From: Octopus bimaculoides | Taxonomy: Eukaryota | DNA length: 51,652 bases | Direction of reading: 5' to 3' | Assembly (NCBI RefSeq): GCF_001194135.2 | Contig: NC_068982.1 | Coordinates: forward strand, 92,565,086-92,616,737 | Part shown: piece after piece, positions 11,131 to 24,195 of the stretch | How positions within the stretch are numbered: position 1 is the first letter of the stretch | Layout: every line of letters begins with the position of its first letter | Notes under the pieces: generated by a model | Told to the model about the DNA's origin: nothing | What the model saw: only the letters and a program-made list of their open reading frames with translations | Database searches by the model: none | Position numbers and translations under genes: made by a program

Positions 11131-12654
11131 AGAAGATTTTTAAATAAAAAAACTGGCCAACATCTTATGTAGCCTATCTTTGAGAATCATTGAAATAAGC
11201 AGTGACATTAGTGCAGCATTTTAAACAAAAGTTCCAAGGTAACTATTTGTGTCTGGTTTATTTTCATCACAATAAAGGGTTGGTGAGAATATTTTGCCAT
11301 TGATTTTAACTCAAGTATCCCATGGGAAGCTTTCCCTATTTTGTAAGAAACAGAGACATCTCTATCTGTACATTTTTACCACTATCTTTCCTTACTTCTT
11401 TTGATTCTCACTCACCTGTGATTGCTTCTGGTTCTATGATTCAAATTTACTGGTTTTTAGTGATATGAATTAAAACCTTCCATTGAAATTTCATATTATG
11501 TTCCAAATAGCAGCATAATAATGACAAAATTAATTTACTAAATTCTTCATAATTTTCAAAACTAATTAAAACAAAGACAATATATGTCAATAGAAATATT
11601 GTAACAGAAATTATTTTGTGTACTGGTGACAGCTTGACTCTTGTAAACATTCAAGTGAAAAATTCACTACCCACTGTGGATCCTACAACTGATGGAGTTG
11701 TTTGTGTTCCTTCTACATTTTCCAAGGCATTTTATTTTCCAAAATAAATTATGGTCACCAAATTAATATCAACAACATGACTTTTAAGAATGTCAGACAC
11801 ATACTGTCGGTCATGTGCATATTTAAAAGTATTAGTTCATTTCATTATAGTACATGTCTGGTGGTGACTTCTACAAGAGCTAATCACTTTATTCTTAAGG
11901 TATAAATGTATTGATATTCAATTGATTTTGAACATGATTGATGCAGTAAACCAAAGAACAGAACATTCAACTACAAAGACCGTGGTCTAATTACCTTGAT
12001 TTCAACCCAAGCATTTCCATTGAAATTTTTCACTATCTTATAAGAAATGGAATGCCACACCACCTTCCCATGAGCCTCATGGCAATAGAAACTGTATTTT
12101 GAGCATTGGGAAACAGCATGATACTTGGGAAACGTTTCAGCCAAGTATCAAGCTGTCACCTGTGACTGTGTGTATTTCAAAGTAATTTTCTATATGTATT
12201 TATTTAGCTTGCAAACATTGATTCATCTGTTGATTTTTAACCCATAAAGTGAAATCTATTGTTGAGCAAAGATTGCATGAACATATATAAAAAACAGAAT
12301 TTTGAAAACGAATTACTTATATGAAAAGCAAGAGTTGGAAGACAGTAAATTAAAAGAACCCTTTTTTCTCAAACCCATTTAAATGCCCGTTTTAACTAAG
12401 TTTATCTGTTGTGGCTGTCATTTATTCACCTGCTATGAATGTTATAACAGCTGCTTCTGCTATTACATCTCCAGCCATATGTCTAAACATTTTTTTTTTA
12501 ATGCATGTAACTATGAGTCACACTGAACTGAATGCCCGGAACTCTGTGATGCATCACCCTGCTCTTTGTTCTCTGAAATTCTTTATGACATTTTAAGATG
12601 TAAAGAAAATGTCTTTGCATCAGATTTTCTGCAGCCAGATACCCTTCTTGTCAC

Positions 12655-12826
12655 CATCACCATCACCATCATTATCATCATCATTGCTGTTGTCATTATC
12701 GTCATTGTCGTCATTATTGACATCATTATTGTTGTTGTTGTCATTGTCGTCATCATCGTTGTCATCGCTATCATCATCATTGTCATCATCATCATCATCA
12801 TCATCATTATCATCTTCGTCATCATT
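12655..12826. repeat. Degenerate (CAT/CGT/TGT)n trinucleotide tract
   Basis: Visible; abuts an RTE 3' end on the minus strand. Confidence 0.95.
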
Positions 12827-13180
12827 TAACATTTGTTTTCCATGCTGGCATGAGTTGGAGAGTTTGACATGTGCTGGTAAGCTGGAGGGCTATACCAAGA
12901 TCTATTGTCTGTTTTGACATGGTTTCTACTGCTGGATGCCCTTCATGATGCCAACCATTTTACAGAGTGTAAAGGATGCTTTCTTCCATGGCACCAACAA
13001 CAGTGAGGTCACTGAATAACTTGTAAAACATAACAGATTCCCCTTGAATGGGGAGGGGTAGTATTGAGGGAGGTGCATTTGTGCCAGTTGATGACAGGTT
13101 AAAAGAATAATAGAGGGTAGAGATAGGTGTGTTGCTGTAGAAAAAATACAAGGATATCCTAATTGGAGAAGAAGAGAGAA
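12827..13180 (-). mobile_element. RTE-related 3' end / SINE-like fragment
   Basis: TTTAACATTTGTTTTCCATGCTGGCATG..TGGATGCCCTTCATGATGCCAACCA is the reverse complement of the RTE 3' terminus. Confidence 0.75.
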
Positions 13181-13984
13181 AGAAACTTAGAAAGATGGAG
13201 ATAGAGTGGGAGACGTTGTGTTGGATATGTGTCTGGACATACCTTTAAGGCAGAGTGGGTGGGGGGAATATAGGCAAAGTAACACAGAGAATTGGACTGG
13301 GTGAGGGTAAAATTTCATAAGAAAGTGAGGGGAGAATAGATGGTATAGAGGTGGTCGTAGTAATTGAAAGTGAGAGATATAGGAGTGGTTAAGTGGGTGG
13401 GTGGGAGGTTATGTTAGACATGTGAGGGAATTGGGAGAGACAGGGGCTGAAAGAGGTGTAAGGATTGATGGAGTATAGAAGAGAAGAGAGAGCATGGCTG
13501 GAGAAAGATAATGAAGAATGGAAGTGGTGAGGGGGTTGAAAGGGGTGCAAGTGCATGGTATGTGCCTATTTTGCTCTCGGGTGATTATGGTAGCTGAATA
13601 ATATCAGAGATAAAGAAGTGATGAATGTGGGAAATGAGATGTGGGGAAGCTTGAAGGAGCAGTGAGAATGGGGTGCAGGACAGAGATTTTCACATACAAG
13701 CATTTACCAAGGTGGTTTTAGGATATCAGTTCTGTTGAGGTGGGTGGGGTTTCTCAAGTACAGCAAGGCACCAGATATATATATATATATAAAAACCTTA
13801 TCAAACATATATCACAAGTATGTAAACCTTTGAATAATGGTTAAGTGCAAAAAAAAAAAAAAAAAACCTGAAAATCTACTCATATAAAGAAAACACCATT
13901 GCATCACTTCTAAGCATGAGTGGTACTTATCTTCAGTCCTTACAGTTTGCTCTAAATGGCAGGTCACTATCACCAACCATCTCT

Positions 13985-14320
13985 CCTGGTAAAAGCATAT
14001 CCTTAACAAAGGATCTCAACAGACTGGCCTGTCTCTTCATTGCCAGAAAATATCGACCCTCAATAATTGCAGACACTCTATGAAGATCAAATAAAGTGTA
14101 TTGCTCACACATCTAGGACACTGCTGCTGCTGCTACCCACACATCCAGAGAAGATCACTCAATTGATTGACATAAAATCATTCACAAACACGCTCCAACC
14201 TCTATCTCACAAGTGACCTCTTTCTATTCTCAGCCTTTTGTACTGCTGCTGTAATGACATCTGTTCTTTGAGAGGCGGTAAATATACTTCCTCCACACAC
14301 TCGTCTCCCTTCCTCTCATC
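13985..14320 (+). mobile_element. Highly degenerate Penelope-like (Neptune-type) thumb/linker fragment
   Basis: KDLNRLACLFIARKYRPSII..THP..(F)RR..L..AVNILP-like remnants; flanked by purine/pyrimidine-skewed repeat similar to 49300-49950. Confidence 0.4.
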
Positions 14321-14864
14321 AACCCCAAATCTCACATCTTTCTTCCTCTTCTCAGCCTTGATCTATCCACCTCCCAGGTCCCATACTAACAACTATGCCT
14401 ACTCTTTCCTTCCCAAAACTTCATCCCCCAGGAAAATTCTCCCTGCTTATATCTTTCATGCAGGTGCTAACAGAGGGCCTGTAATAGCCTTAGGCACTGC
14501 TCCTTACCTTTAACTCAGCAAGTAAAATAAAAAGCATTTAATGATCAATGTTATGTATAAATTTGATTACAAACACGAAAGTTGCAAACTTTGTGACAAT
14601 GTTATATTACCATGCAAATATGACACTCTCTCATTGGTTCACCATGCACTTACAAGATGTCATTTCCATACACTATGCATACAATACAAAACAAAACTAG
14701 ATAGACAAACATTAGTAGACAACACATCCATACGGTTCAAGACACCTCACAAAAAGGGACAAGTAATGATGGAAGTAGTATTTACAGAACTGCACAATGC
14801 CACAATAAACATACTGACAACATGAAGCAATCATTGTTGTCATCATTGTCCTCATCATTACCAT

Positions 14865-15262
14865 CATCATTTTAACATCCATTTGTCAGATGGAGTTTAC
14901 TGAAGCAAATTTTCTATGGCCAGATACCCTTCCTGTCACAACACCCTACTTGTTTTGAAGGAAGGTAATATTTCCCTATGGCCAGACATGTTTTTGCAGC
15001 AGATTGGAACTGAATAACACTGCTTGTATGACAGTGACATTCATTTACAACTACAATATAATGTCAAGACAGGGAGACACAAACACACACATATATTTAC
15101 AATGGGCTTCTTTCAGTTTCTGTCCACCAAATCCACTCACAAAGTTTTGGTTGATCCAGGGCTCTTGGAGAAGACATTTACCCTAGGTACTATGCAGTGG
15201 GATGGAACCCACCATGATGTGGTTTGGAAACAAATTTCTTAATCACAAAGTCATACCTATAC
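14865..15262 (-). mobile_element. Composite SINE (family B, CORE-like tRNA head plus LINE-derived tail)
   Basis: The reverse complement reads GTGATTAAGAAATTTGTTTCCAAACCACATCATGGTGGGTTCCATCCCACTGCATAGTACCTAGGG..GTGAGTGGATTTGGTGGACAGAAACTGAAAGAAGCCC. Same family at 16755, 31595, 41430, 41880, 42925 and 45455. Confidence 0.75.
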
Positions 15263-16144
15263 CCGCACCTAATCACAAACAAAAATAATCAACTGAATAA
15301 TGACTTATATACTAAATGATCAAAATTAAAATCCCCTTAGTAATGTCTACCCCAATCGTATTGGTTTTGCTACTATAAAGAAGTGGTAACCCATGTCAGC
15401 AATACTTCATCTTAAAGATGAGACTATGAAGATCTAGAAACGTTAATGATAGATTTAGGAAGTTTATTGTTAAAAACGAACTGCTTGGATCTCATTAGAA
15501 AATTCAAAAAAAAAAAGAAACAAAACACGAGGTAAAAAAATGAAACTAGATCACAGTCATGTATTCAATGTCTAAAAGAAAAGCTGTTCTTTATATGTAC
15601 AAATATGTGTGCTTGAGTGTGTGTGTGAGTGTGAGTGTATGAATTTGATGTGTATGGGTCTGCATTTATGTTTACCTATGAGTTGCATGTCTTTATGCCT
15701 GCATATGTCATAAGTGTAATATAGTAGTTCAATAAATCAATAGAATAAGTACTATAAGAACTTAAGAAATAAGAACTGAGTTCAATACAATCAACTAAAA
15801 TGTCTGAAGGTAATGGCTGCAAGTTCAGTGATCTGAACTAGTAAAAGAATAAAGGAACAGACAAAAAATAAAAGAGAGGGTGATGAAAGCAAAACTTGAG
15901 TAAGAGCATAGCAAAAGAAACAGTAAAAACAGAAATACACACACACACACACCAACAACAACATTTGACGTCCACTTTTCCATGTTGTTGAGACAGATTT
16001 TCTATGACTTGATACCCTTCCTATTGCCTGACCCTCACCTGTTTTCAAGTAGGGTAATATTTTCCTCAAGACTAGATACAAACATGTCTTGGAAGATTGT
16101 TGATTGCATGACAGTAACACTCATTTACAAATATCATACAATAT

Positions 16145-16218
16145 CAAGGAAAAGAGCTCCACATACACATACACACATAAACACACACATACACATACAC
16201 ACACACACATACACACAC

Positions 16219-16252
<34 letters not shown>

Positions 16253-16480
16253 NNNNNNNNNNNNNNNNNNNNNNNNNNNNNNNNNNNNNNNNNNNNNNNN
16301 NNNNNNNNNNNNNNNNNNNNNNNNNNNNNNNNNNNNNNNNNNNNNNNNNNNNNNNNNNNNNNNNNNNNNNNNNNNNNNNNNNNNNNNNNNNNNNNNNNNN
16401 NNNNNNNNNNNNNNNNNNNNNNNNNNNNNNNNNNNNNNNNNNNNNNNNNNNNNNNNNNNNNNNNNNNATATATATACATT
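16145..16480. repeat. (CA)n/(TA)n microsatellite spanning an assembly gap
   Basis: Visible; Ns at about 16253-16467. Confidence 0.9.
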
Positions 16481-16482
16481 TT

Positions 16483-16602
16483 AAATAAATGAAACAACAA
16501 AACCAAAGCTGTGTGGAATTTATAGGACATTTATAAAGAGAAAGGTAGTCTTAAATGTCCTATAAATTCCACACAACTTGGTTTTGTTGTCTCATTTTAT
16601 TT
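16483..16602. mobile_element. 120-bp near-perfect palindrome (MITE-like foldback)
   Basis: Left arm AAATAAATGAAACAACAAAACCAAAGCTGTGTGGAATTTATAGGACATTTA (16483-16533) pairs with right arm 16552-16602; 18-nt spacer. Confidence 0.75.
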
Positions 16603-16754
16603 AACATATACATGCTCACAAAAGACTCGCATTAGACTCCTCACTCGTATTGTTATCAAACTGAGAGTCTAACTATGGTCCTCCTGTAGCACTTGCATAG
16701 CCTTACCTGCCATCTTGGGTCTTCTGGATACCAATACCTCTCACATATATATAA

Positions 16755-16905
16755 CAGGCTTCTTTCAGTTTTCATCTACCAAATCCACTCAAGGCTTTGG
16801 CCTGAGGTTATAGCAGAAGACACTTACCTCAAATGACATGCAGTGGAATTGAATCCAGAACCATGAGGTTGGGAAGCAAACTTCTTACCATACAACCGTG
16901 TCTGC
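16755..16905 (-). mobile_element. SINE family B
   Basis: CTTCTTTCAGTTT..ACCAAATCCACTC..AAGACACTTACC..GAATCCAGAACCATGAGGTTGGGAAGCAAACTTCTTACCA. Confidence 0.8.
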
Positions 16906-17104
16906 ATGTCTATATATGTATGCAAGTATAATGTATGAATGAATAATTTAGTATTTGCAAAACATGCTTCCTGACTCATGTATAAAGACAGTAACGTTTA
17001 ATAAGAACTGGCTCAATCTGTGATGACATATTCAAATTATGCCTGCATGGCAAAATAAATGTTAAAGATAGGTGAAGATGATAACGATAATATCATACAT
17101 GCAC

Positions 17105-17400
17105 TTGTGTATACATCATCATTTAATGTCCGTTTTCCATGCTGGCATTGGTTGGATGGTTTAACAGAAACTGGTGAGTCAGAAAACTGTACCAAGCTTT
17201 GGTGTCTGCTTTGGTATGGTTCCTATGGTTGGATACCCTTCCTAATGCCAATGTCTCTACAACTGTACTGGGTGCTTTTTACATGACACCACCAACAATA
17301 AGGTCACCAAGTAACTTGCAAGACAAGACCCTTCAGCTGAGGTGAGGATAACTATTGAGGGACAGAAAAAGGTGTCTCACTGTAAAAGAGAAACATGGCT
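17105..17400 (-). mobile_element. RTE-related 3' end fragment
   Basis: CATCATCATTTAATGTCCGTTTTCCATGCTGGCAT..GGATACCCTTCCTAATGCCAA. Confidence 0.75.
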
Positions 17401-19789
17401 ACTTCACATGGAAAAAGAATGGAGAGAAAGAGAGAGAGAGATAGATAGAGATAGAAGAGAGAGAAGATGGTGAAGATATGATGGGGGGAGAAACATACAC
17501 ACACACATGTATATATGTATGCGTATATTAATCAATGAAATTTCAACTTAGTCTGATTTTCACGTTTCATTATTTGCAATTTTTACAACTTCACAATTTT
17601 ATGATATTGAAATAAAGTAATACTTTCATGCATTATGCAATTATCAGGTTTATGTAGTGACAACCTTGTTCCACAACTGACAACTGTAAGTGTGTGTGTG
17701 TTTGTGTGCAAATATATAAAGAATGATGATCAGAATTTTGGATCAAACTGGCTTTTGGGAGTGGCTGATAGGTATGTATTTGTGTGTATGTATGGGTATG
17801 TTTGTATGTATATGATTGCGTGTGTTGCCGTTTTGAATTCCTTTCTGCGATTGAACTTAAATTGACACCTGGCTATTAAAGACCCAACTACACACACACA
17901 CACATTTATTTTAGGTCTTGTAACCATTTGAACTGTGGCTATACACCAGATAACATGGTAAGTCTCATGTTCTGAAATTTAAATTTTAAATTTGTTTTAA
18001 TTATAAAATTACATCCCAGCTAAAGACACATCTTTTGGCTTTGAAAAACAGAACCTTTTCTTTCTCTTTCTATATTTTTTTGTTAAGTTAAAAATTCTCT
18101 GTTTTGGTCAGGATTTTCCAAGTTTCTGTATCAAGCAATGAACAGAAGCATTTAAAAACATTAAATTCACAGAGCCGAACAAAATCAAAAATATTAATTT
18201 TAATCATTATAATGGAGAAGAGTAAAAATTTTCCCTTTCCTTAATACTAACTAACAAGAGCATAGTATGAGGGAGATTTGGCTGTTATTTCTATCAAATT
18301 GAACAACCACACAGAGAGTACCACATTGGCTCTTTTGTAGATGTGTCTAAGTAAACAAAAACTAAAGGATAAACAGACACTAGCAAACATAAAGACACAC
18401 ACACACACGAATTATGATGTAAGCATGTGCTATAACTCCTCATAACTTATGTATTTTTACGAATTTTGACAAAATTGTTTTCAATTCTGTCTTCTGCATA
18501 ATGGAATTGCTATGATTATGCAACAACAACAACGAAATCTTCCACCCTTTCAATATTTTTTTTGAAATTCATGGTTTTAAAATACGGAAAGGAGAAATGA
18601 ATGGTAGATTTCTATCATTTATTTCTCTTTATAATTTCCAAATAATTTTTTAATACTTTTATGAAAGAAAGTCAATTGACTGTCTTCACACTTTTTCACA
18701 TAATCCTGGACTTTATATGATGTGAAATGCCAGTGACATGCTGCATGTCCATCAGCAATATTAGGAGACAGATGTGCCATGGTATGACATATAGTCCAAG
18801 TAGATGAAAGCCTTCTTTTTATGAGGGAAAATGAAGTTGGAAGAGTGATGAAGAAGTTTTGGATACTTGTGATTGTTGTAACTGATGGTGTGCCAGTTTT
18901 TTATATGTGTATGTGCATGTCTAAAGATATAATTAAAACAATATGTACACACACACATATATATATACAACAAAGCCTAATGGTGTGAATTTTCTAAAAC
19001 TCCTTTAGGGACAAATGGTTTTCACAATGAATTCCAATTTAATAGGAATTTACATGATCTAAAGCATATTTGTAGAAAAGAAATATTTAATTTTCTCAAG
19101 GTTATGAAAACGCAAATCTTTGGGGCACAATTGCATAGATATACCAAAGTATTTATATATATACAAGGATGTATATAAAATTAACTCTGTAAAAATGTAT
19201 ATGTGTGTGTATATATTTGTATTTTCTGTATACATTTATACATGTATATGTATAAGTTTCAGAAGATATTAAAATAATGGAATAAAAGTCAGTCATAATA
19301 AGAGATCTCCCAAAAATCAATTTCCTTAATTTTTAACTACTGTTTCTGGCATATGCAATTTTGATTTTGAAGTATTTAAAAGATTATTTGGAAATTATAA
19401 AGAGTAATGAACGGTAGATTTGGACTGTCTGTAAAAGTGAAGACAAGGAGACACACATGCACATACATACATACATACATACATACATAGAGCTGTATAT
19501 TACTGGTTATGGTACTTAATTGGTCAGAATGTTACCATCAGTTTTGTGCCAACTATTGCACCTAGTAATAGGGATGACTCTTGAATCATACTAGCTGGAA
19601 GTACATAGCCTTTTTTATGCTGGAGGTATGTATAGATCCTGGTTGGCTTGGTGTTGGTAAAAGGAACCAGAGTGAGACAGTGAAAAATTACATCATTTTC
19701 CAGTAGGAAAAGAAGAGTTACTTCCCGTGTTAGGCGCATGTATGTACATGTATGCCATTCTCTAGTTAAAAAAATAGGCATAATCATGT

Positions 19790-20000
19790 TCTCAAAATGA
19801 ATTTCTTCTCATGAGGGCAGCATCCAAATATTTTGCTTTTGAGTTCAGAAAAGCAGCTGGATTGCATGAATTTTTTTAGAATGACTCTCCCCTCTGCCAC
19901 ACAAAGCTTGTAACATCTACTTCCATTCAGATATGGTCTAGATTGTTCTAGCAATTTCCAATTGTTTTGGACAGCATTTCCTCCCCTTTTAATCACCATA
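19790..20000 (-). mobile_element. Penelope-like endonuclease C-terminal fragment
   Basis: NWKLLEQSRPYLNGSRCYKLCVAEGRVIL..LKSKIFGCCPHEKKFIL resembles the W.IL..A.PY..G...C.LC..EK..I..SEL...C.H..K.LL terminus of a PLE endonuclease type. Confidence 0.6.
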
Positions 20001-20049
20001 TTGCTGGCTGATACACATGCACATATGCATGTATGATGGGATGCTTTGC

Positions 20050-20053
20050 TAAG

Positions 20054-20096
<43 letters not shown>

Positions 20097-20199
20097 NNNN
20101 NNNNNNNNNNNNNNNNNNNNNNNNNNNNNNNNNNNNNNNNNNNNNNNNNNNNNNNNNNNNNNNNNNNNNNNNNNNNNNNNNNNNNNNNNNNNNNNNNNN

Positions 20200-20232
<33 letters not shown>
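20050..20232. repeat. (CA)n/(TA)n microsatellite spanning a gap
   Basis: Visible; Ns at 20098-20200. Confidence 0.9.
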
Positions 20233-20234
<2 letters not shown>

Positions 20235-20389
20235 ACTTAATGTATGTGTCTATTTTGTTTAAACACTTTTCAGGAAGACTTATAAAACAACTCTGTACTA
20301 TAAAACATACAAAATAATATAAATGAGTCCTGGTTTTAGACATAAACATATAGATTTAAAAAGAAACAAAAAATAGATACACTTCATTA

Positions 20390-20860
20390 GTATACACCAA
20401 AGAATTAAGCAAATTCATGTGCTTACACAGAGACAATGAATGCTCACATGACTAAGATGACAATGGTAAAAAAACACTCCTCAGAAGAGCATTCTTGGCC
20501 ACAAGCAATGCACTGAAGAGAGAAATACATAGAATTAAACAAATATTGATTCACAATGGATATTCTAATAGATTAGTGGATCAAACTATAAAAAATTACA
20601 AACACAAATGCAATAAATATATCAGAGAATATACCTAATAAAAATACACAATCTACACAAAAGCTATTACATGAACTAAATGCACCAAAAATTATCAAAC
20701 AGCTGAACATATAATAAAAACATTCATAAAATACAACACAAAATGCATCACATTTGACTAAACTTAAACTAATAATATACAACAAAAATACCAAAACCAA
20801 AACTTCTTTCTCGACAACACACAGAAACATGTGAGGTCAAGAACAAATTATGGCTGACCA
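20390..20860 (+). mobile_element. Degenerate Penelope-like RT thumb fragment
   Basis: KKTLLRRAFLATSNALKREIHRIKQILIHNGYSNRLVDQTI matches the PLE thumb motif L..RA......L..E...I...L..NGY. Confidence 0.65.
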
Positions 20861-21098
20861 AAGTGATCTATAAATGTTTCTAACTCTAGGATACTAACTA
20901 TTACATTGGACAGACCAGTATAACACTCTCATGTAGGTTGAATATGCACTTGCAGCATGGAGTTAATGCACAACATCACAAAAATAGGTAGGAAAATACT
21001 AGAGGGAAATACTTGTGTACTTCTAAAGTTCCTCACAAAAAAAAAAATAGAAGGCTAATTATGGAAACTATACTTTTTATTTTATAATCATCAAAATT

Positions 21099-23807
21099 TG
21101 TGAGGATGAGATGAGCTGGAAAGAAAGGGCTGCGCCATCAATAGTCAAGGGACTTGACTGGAACAGGAAGGGCAGGAGGGGAAGTGAGGAAAGCAAGACC
21201 AGGGTTGTCTTCTTTCGGCTTGGGACACTCACCACGAACAAATGTCAGCAGAGCAAGCTAGCAGGATTGGTAGTAGCAGCTGCTTACATTAGGTGTGCTG
21301 GGTAGGGTGTGAGTTTTGGACTTAGTACAGCTGGACGGTCAACGACGAGAAGGTAGGTGAACCATATCTTATTTCTCCGTATTACATTACCCTCATACGA
21401 CAAGTTATTTTGGCAATCATGTATAAATATATTTCTCTATTGTTGTTGTCTGCTTCAACGAGATGGCAGTGAAGATAAGGACCGGCAGCAATGTTGTCAG
21501 ACATTTCTTTGGTGAAAGAGATGTAGTGGCCTAGATCTGTAAAATCAAAGTAGTAGCCAGGCTACAAGGCATCAATGATGTAGCAGTTCTCATGGCCCTG
21601 TACCTGGAGAGAAGTGCACTGGTGAAATGAATGAGGGATGGATGAGGAAGACCAATTGAACATGGCAAAGACTGAGCAGCACTTGAGGGAAGCCTATATG
21701 GAGGGACTGTGCACCATGTTTGCTAAATTGGGAACAGTCAGATGGACAGGGGAACAGGCTGATGAGTATACCGTGAAAGTTCAGAGACTGGCCATGATAT
21801 CCTTACTGGAGAAGGTCTAGAGAAGGTGGCATGACTGGTCTTCATAAATGGCTTTCTTGGCAGCATATTGGTGTGACTGCAACAACTGGCAGGCAGTGAG
21901 AAAATGGCAATGAGTGAGCTCATTGCTTAAGCCTGCATGTCGACACAGAACACCAGGTGGAAGGCAGTGGTGATGGCAGCCCGCAATGTAGTGCAATGAC
22001 TGGTAAAGAATGAGGAGAAGAAAACTGCTGTGGAGCGACAGCAACCATTCATGGGGTGGTGTTTCAAGTGCCAGGGCCCGCACATGGCAAAGGACTGCAC
22101 AGAGATGAAACTTGGACCTGTTTGTTACCAGTGCAGGCATACTGGGCATATTGCTCGAAATTGCAGTCAGGGAAAAGGCCATGGGGAAGTTGCTGCCTCT
22201 TAAACTTCCCCTGTGAATGAGTAGAGGTGCTTGTACAGTTGCTGCCTGTACAAAGACGTTCAAAGCCCTCATGGATACAGGCTGTTCGATGTCTCTTGTG
22301 ACCCTGAGGATGATAAAAAAATGGAAGGGGTAGTAATTGGGCTGTCAATGACAGCAAAATTGGATGTAAGAGTGGCAGCGACATGGAGATAATGGTGCAG
22401 GACACAACACTGATGCTGTGGGCGATTGTGATTGACCATGTGGTAGATGGAATTGACATCGTGATGGGGATGGACATGATCAACCACCTNNNNNNNNNNA
22501 TGGAATTGACATCGTGATGGGGATGGACATGATCAACCACCTTGGAGATGTTAGTGTTGGTGGAGATGTGGTTTTGTTTGGTGGTGCAGGGGCATCATGT
22601 GCCATGAGTCTGCAACATGTGAGGGAGCAGAGCTCTGTGAGGGACTGTACTGCTTACATTGTTGAGGACAAAGATTTTCAGTTGGTGTTTGACAGTCAGT
22701 GGTGGATGGTAGAGTGGTGCTGGAAAGGGGAGCTCCCAATGCTGAAGAACAGGCTGAGCTGCTACTAGCATACCTTGAAAGGACATGCCATGAGTGAGTT
22801 TGAAGGAGAGGTGGAGATGTAGATTAAAGAGGGTGTCTTTATCCTGTGGAAGAAGGAGGTGGTGAGCGGAATGCTACCACTAATGGCAGTGGTGCAGTAA
22901 ACAAAGGGCAAAGGCAGGTTGGTACTGGACTTTTGTGAGAGGAATGGTAAGGTGACTGACGTCTGCGGTGAGACACTGCATAAATGGAGACAGATGACAA
23001 GGGTGGCAACAATTGTCAACTTGAAGTTGGCAGCTCCATGTGAGTGAGAAACCATGGCAGTATCAGCTGGTGCAATATAAGGGCCAGACATACTCTTTGA
23101 CTAGGCTGGGTCTTGGGTTAAACTCTGCATTGAAGATCATGGTGACAGTGCTCAAGTCTATCCTGGGAAAAGTAGACAAGATAAGAAGGGCCACCAATTC
23201 CTATATAGAGGACTTCTTGGTATATAGTTGGAGGAGCTGCACTGGGGCTCAAGCTTCAAAGAGTTAAAAAAAGGCTTGTTGGTGTTTTGGAGGGGGAATG
23301 AAATTCTGGAACTGGGTAGCAGCATCAGCAGGAGAGAACTATTCTCAATGTATGAGAGACTAGTGGGTCACTATCCATCGCAGGGTGGCAATGAACAGAG
23401 TGCAGCTACATCAAGAGATGAGTAGAAGGGGCAAACTGGGGAGACAAAGTGGGAGAGGGGACGGTGGCAATGATGCGGTGGTGCAGATCCTAGAGAGGAC
23501 GAGAGTAGAAGACCTGTAGGGATGAAGGAAAGGGCTGTGACATCAATGATCAAGGGGCTTGACTGGAACAGGAAGGGCAAGAGAGGAAGTGAGGGAAGCA
23601 AAATCAGGGTCATCCTGTTTTGACTTGGGACACTTGCCACGAACAGATGTCAGTGGAGTGAGCTAGCAGGACTGGTAGTAGCAGCTGCTTACATTAAGTG
23701 CGATGGGTAGGGCATGAGTTTTGAACTTAGTACAGCTGGACAGTTGACAATGAGAAAATAGGTGAACTGTATCTTATTTCCCCATATTACAGTTCCCTTG
23801 TACAACA
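21099..23807 (+). mobile_element. Gypsy-like LTR retrotransposon, internally deleted, both LTRs and 5-bp TSD retained
   Basis: LTR1 21099-21402 and LTR2 23515-23807, both TG...CA and about 85% alike by eye. AAATT lies on both flanks (21094-21098, 23808-23812). Gag knuckles CFKCQGPHMAKDC and CYQCRHTGHIARNC (about 22060-22170), protease ALMDTGC and IVMGMD, RT remnants RLVLDF, TRLGLGLNSA and YIEDFLV. A purine tract precedes LTR2. No integrase is visible. Confidence 0.92.
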
Positions 23808-24195
23808 AAATTTTTAAAAAAACACATGAAAATTAAAACTTGCACCTTGCAATGCCAAAATTAACACTCAAAGCACACACATCAAAAAATTAACATGTGG
23901 CTTGTTATGTAAAAGTATAAAAAAAAAAAAACATAACAGTCAAAATTTGATTGTGACAAACAGACCATCAAGTGGCTGCTGAGGCGTTATGCTGATGGTC
24001 AGTAAAGTTTTGGCAGGAAAGTCTACACAAATCCAAACAGTATTTAAGAAAATAAGAAACAACATCAATGCCAAATCCATTCCACCCAATTCTTGATAAT
24101 AAGGCTGTAAAGTTCTAAAAACACTGGGTGGGGATTTAAAAACTCTACTGTCCCAGACAGACTGTAAAGAAACTAATGAGAAAAAAATGAAAATA

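Noticed and set aside
11447-11650. Hydrophobic 67-aa minus-strand ORF
   Set aside because: It stops before the nearby donor, has no recognisable motif, and hydrophobic ORFs arise by chance in AT-rich DNA.
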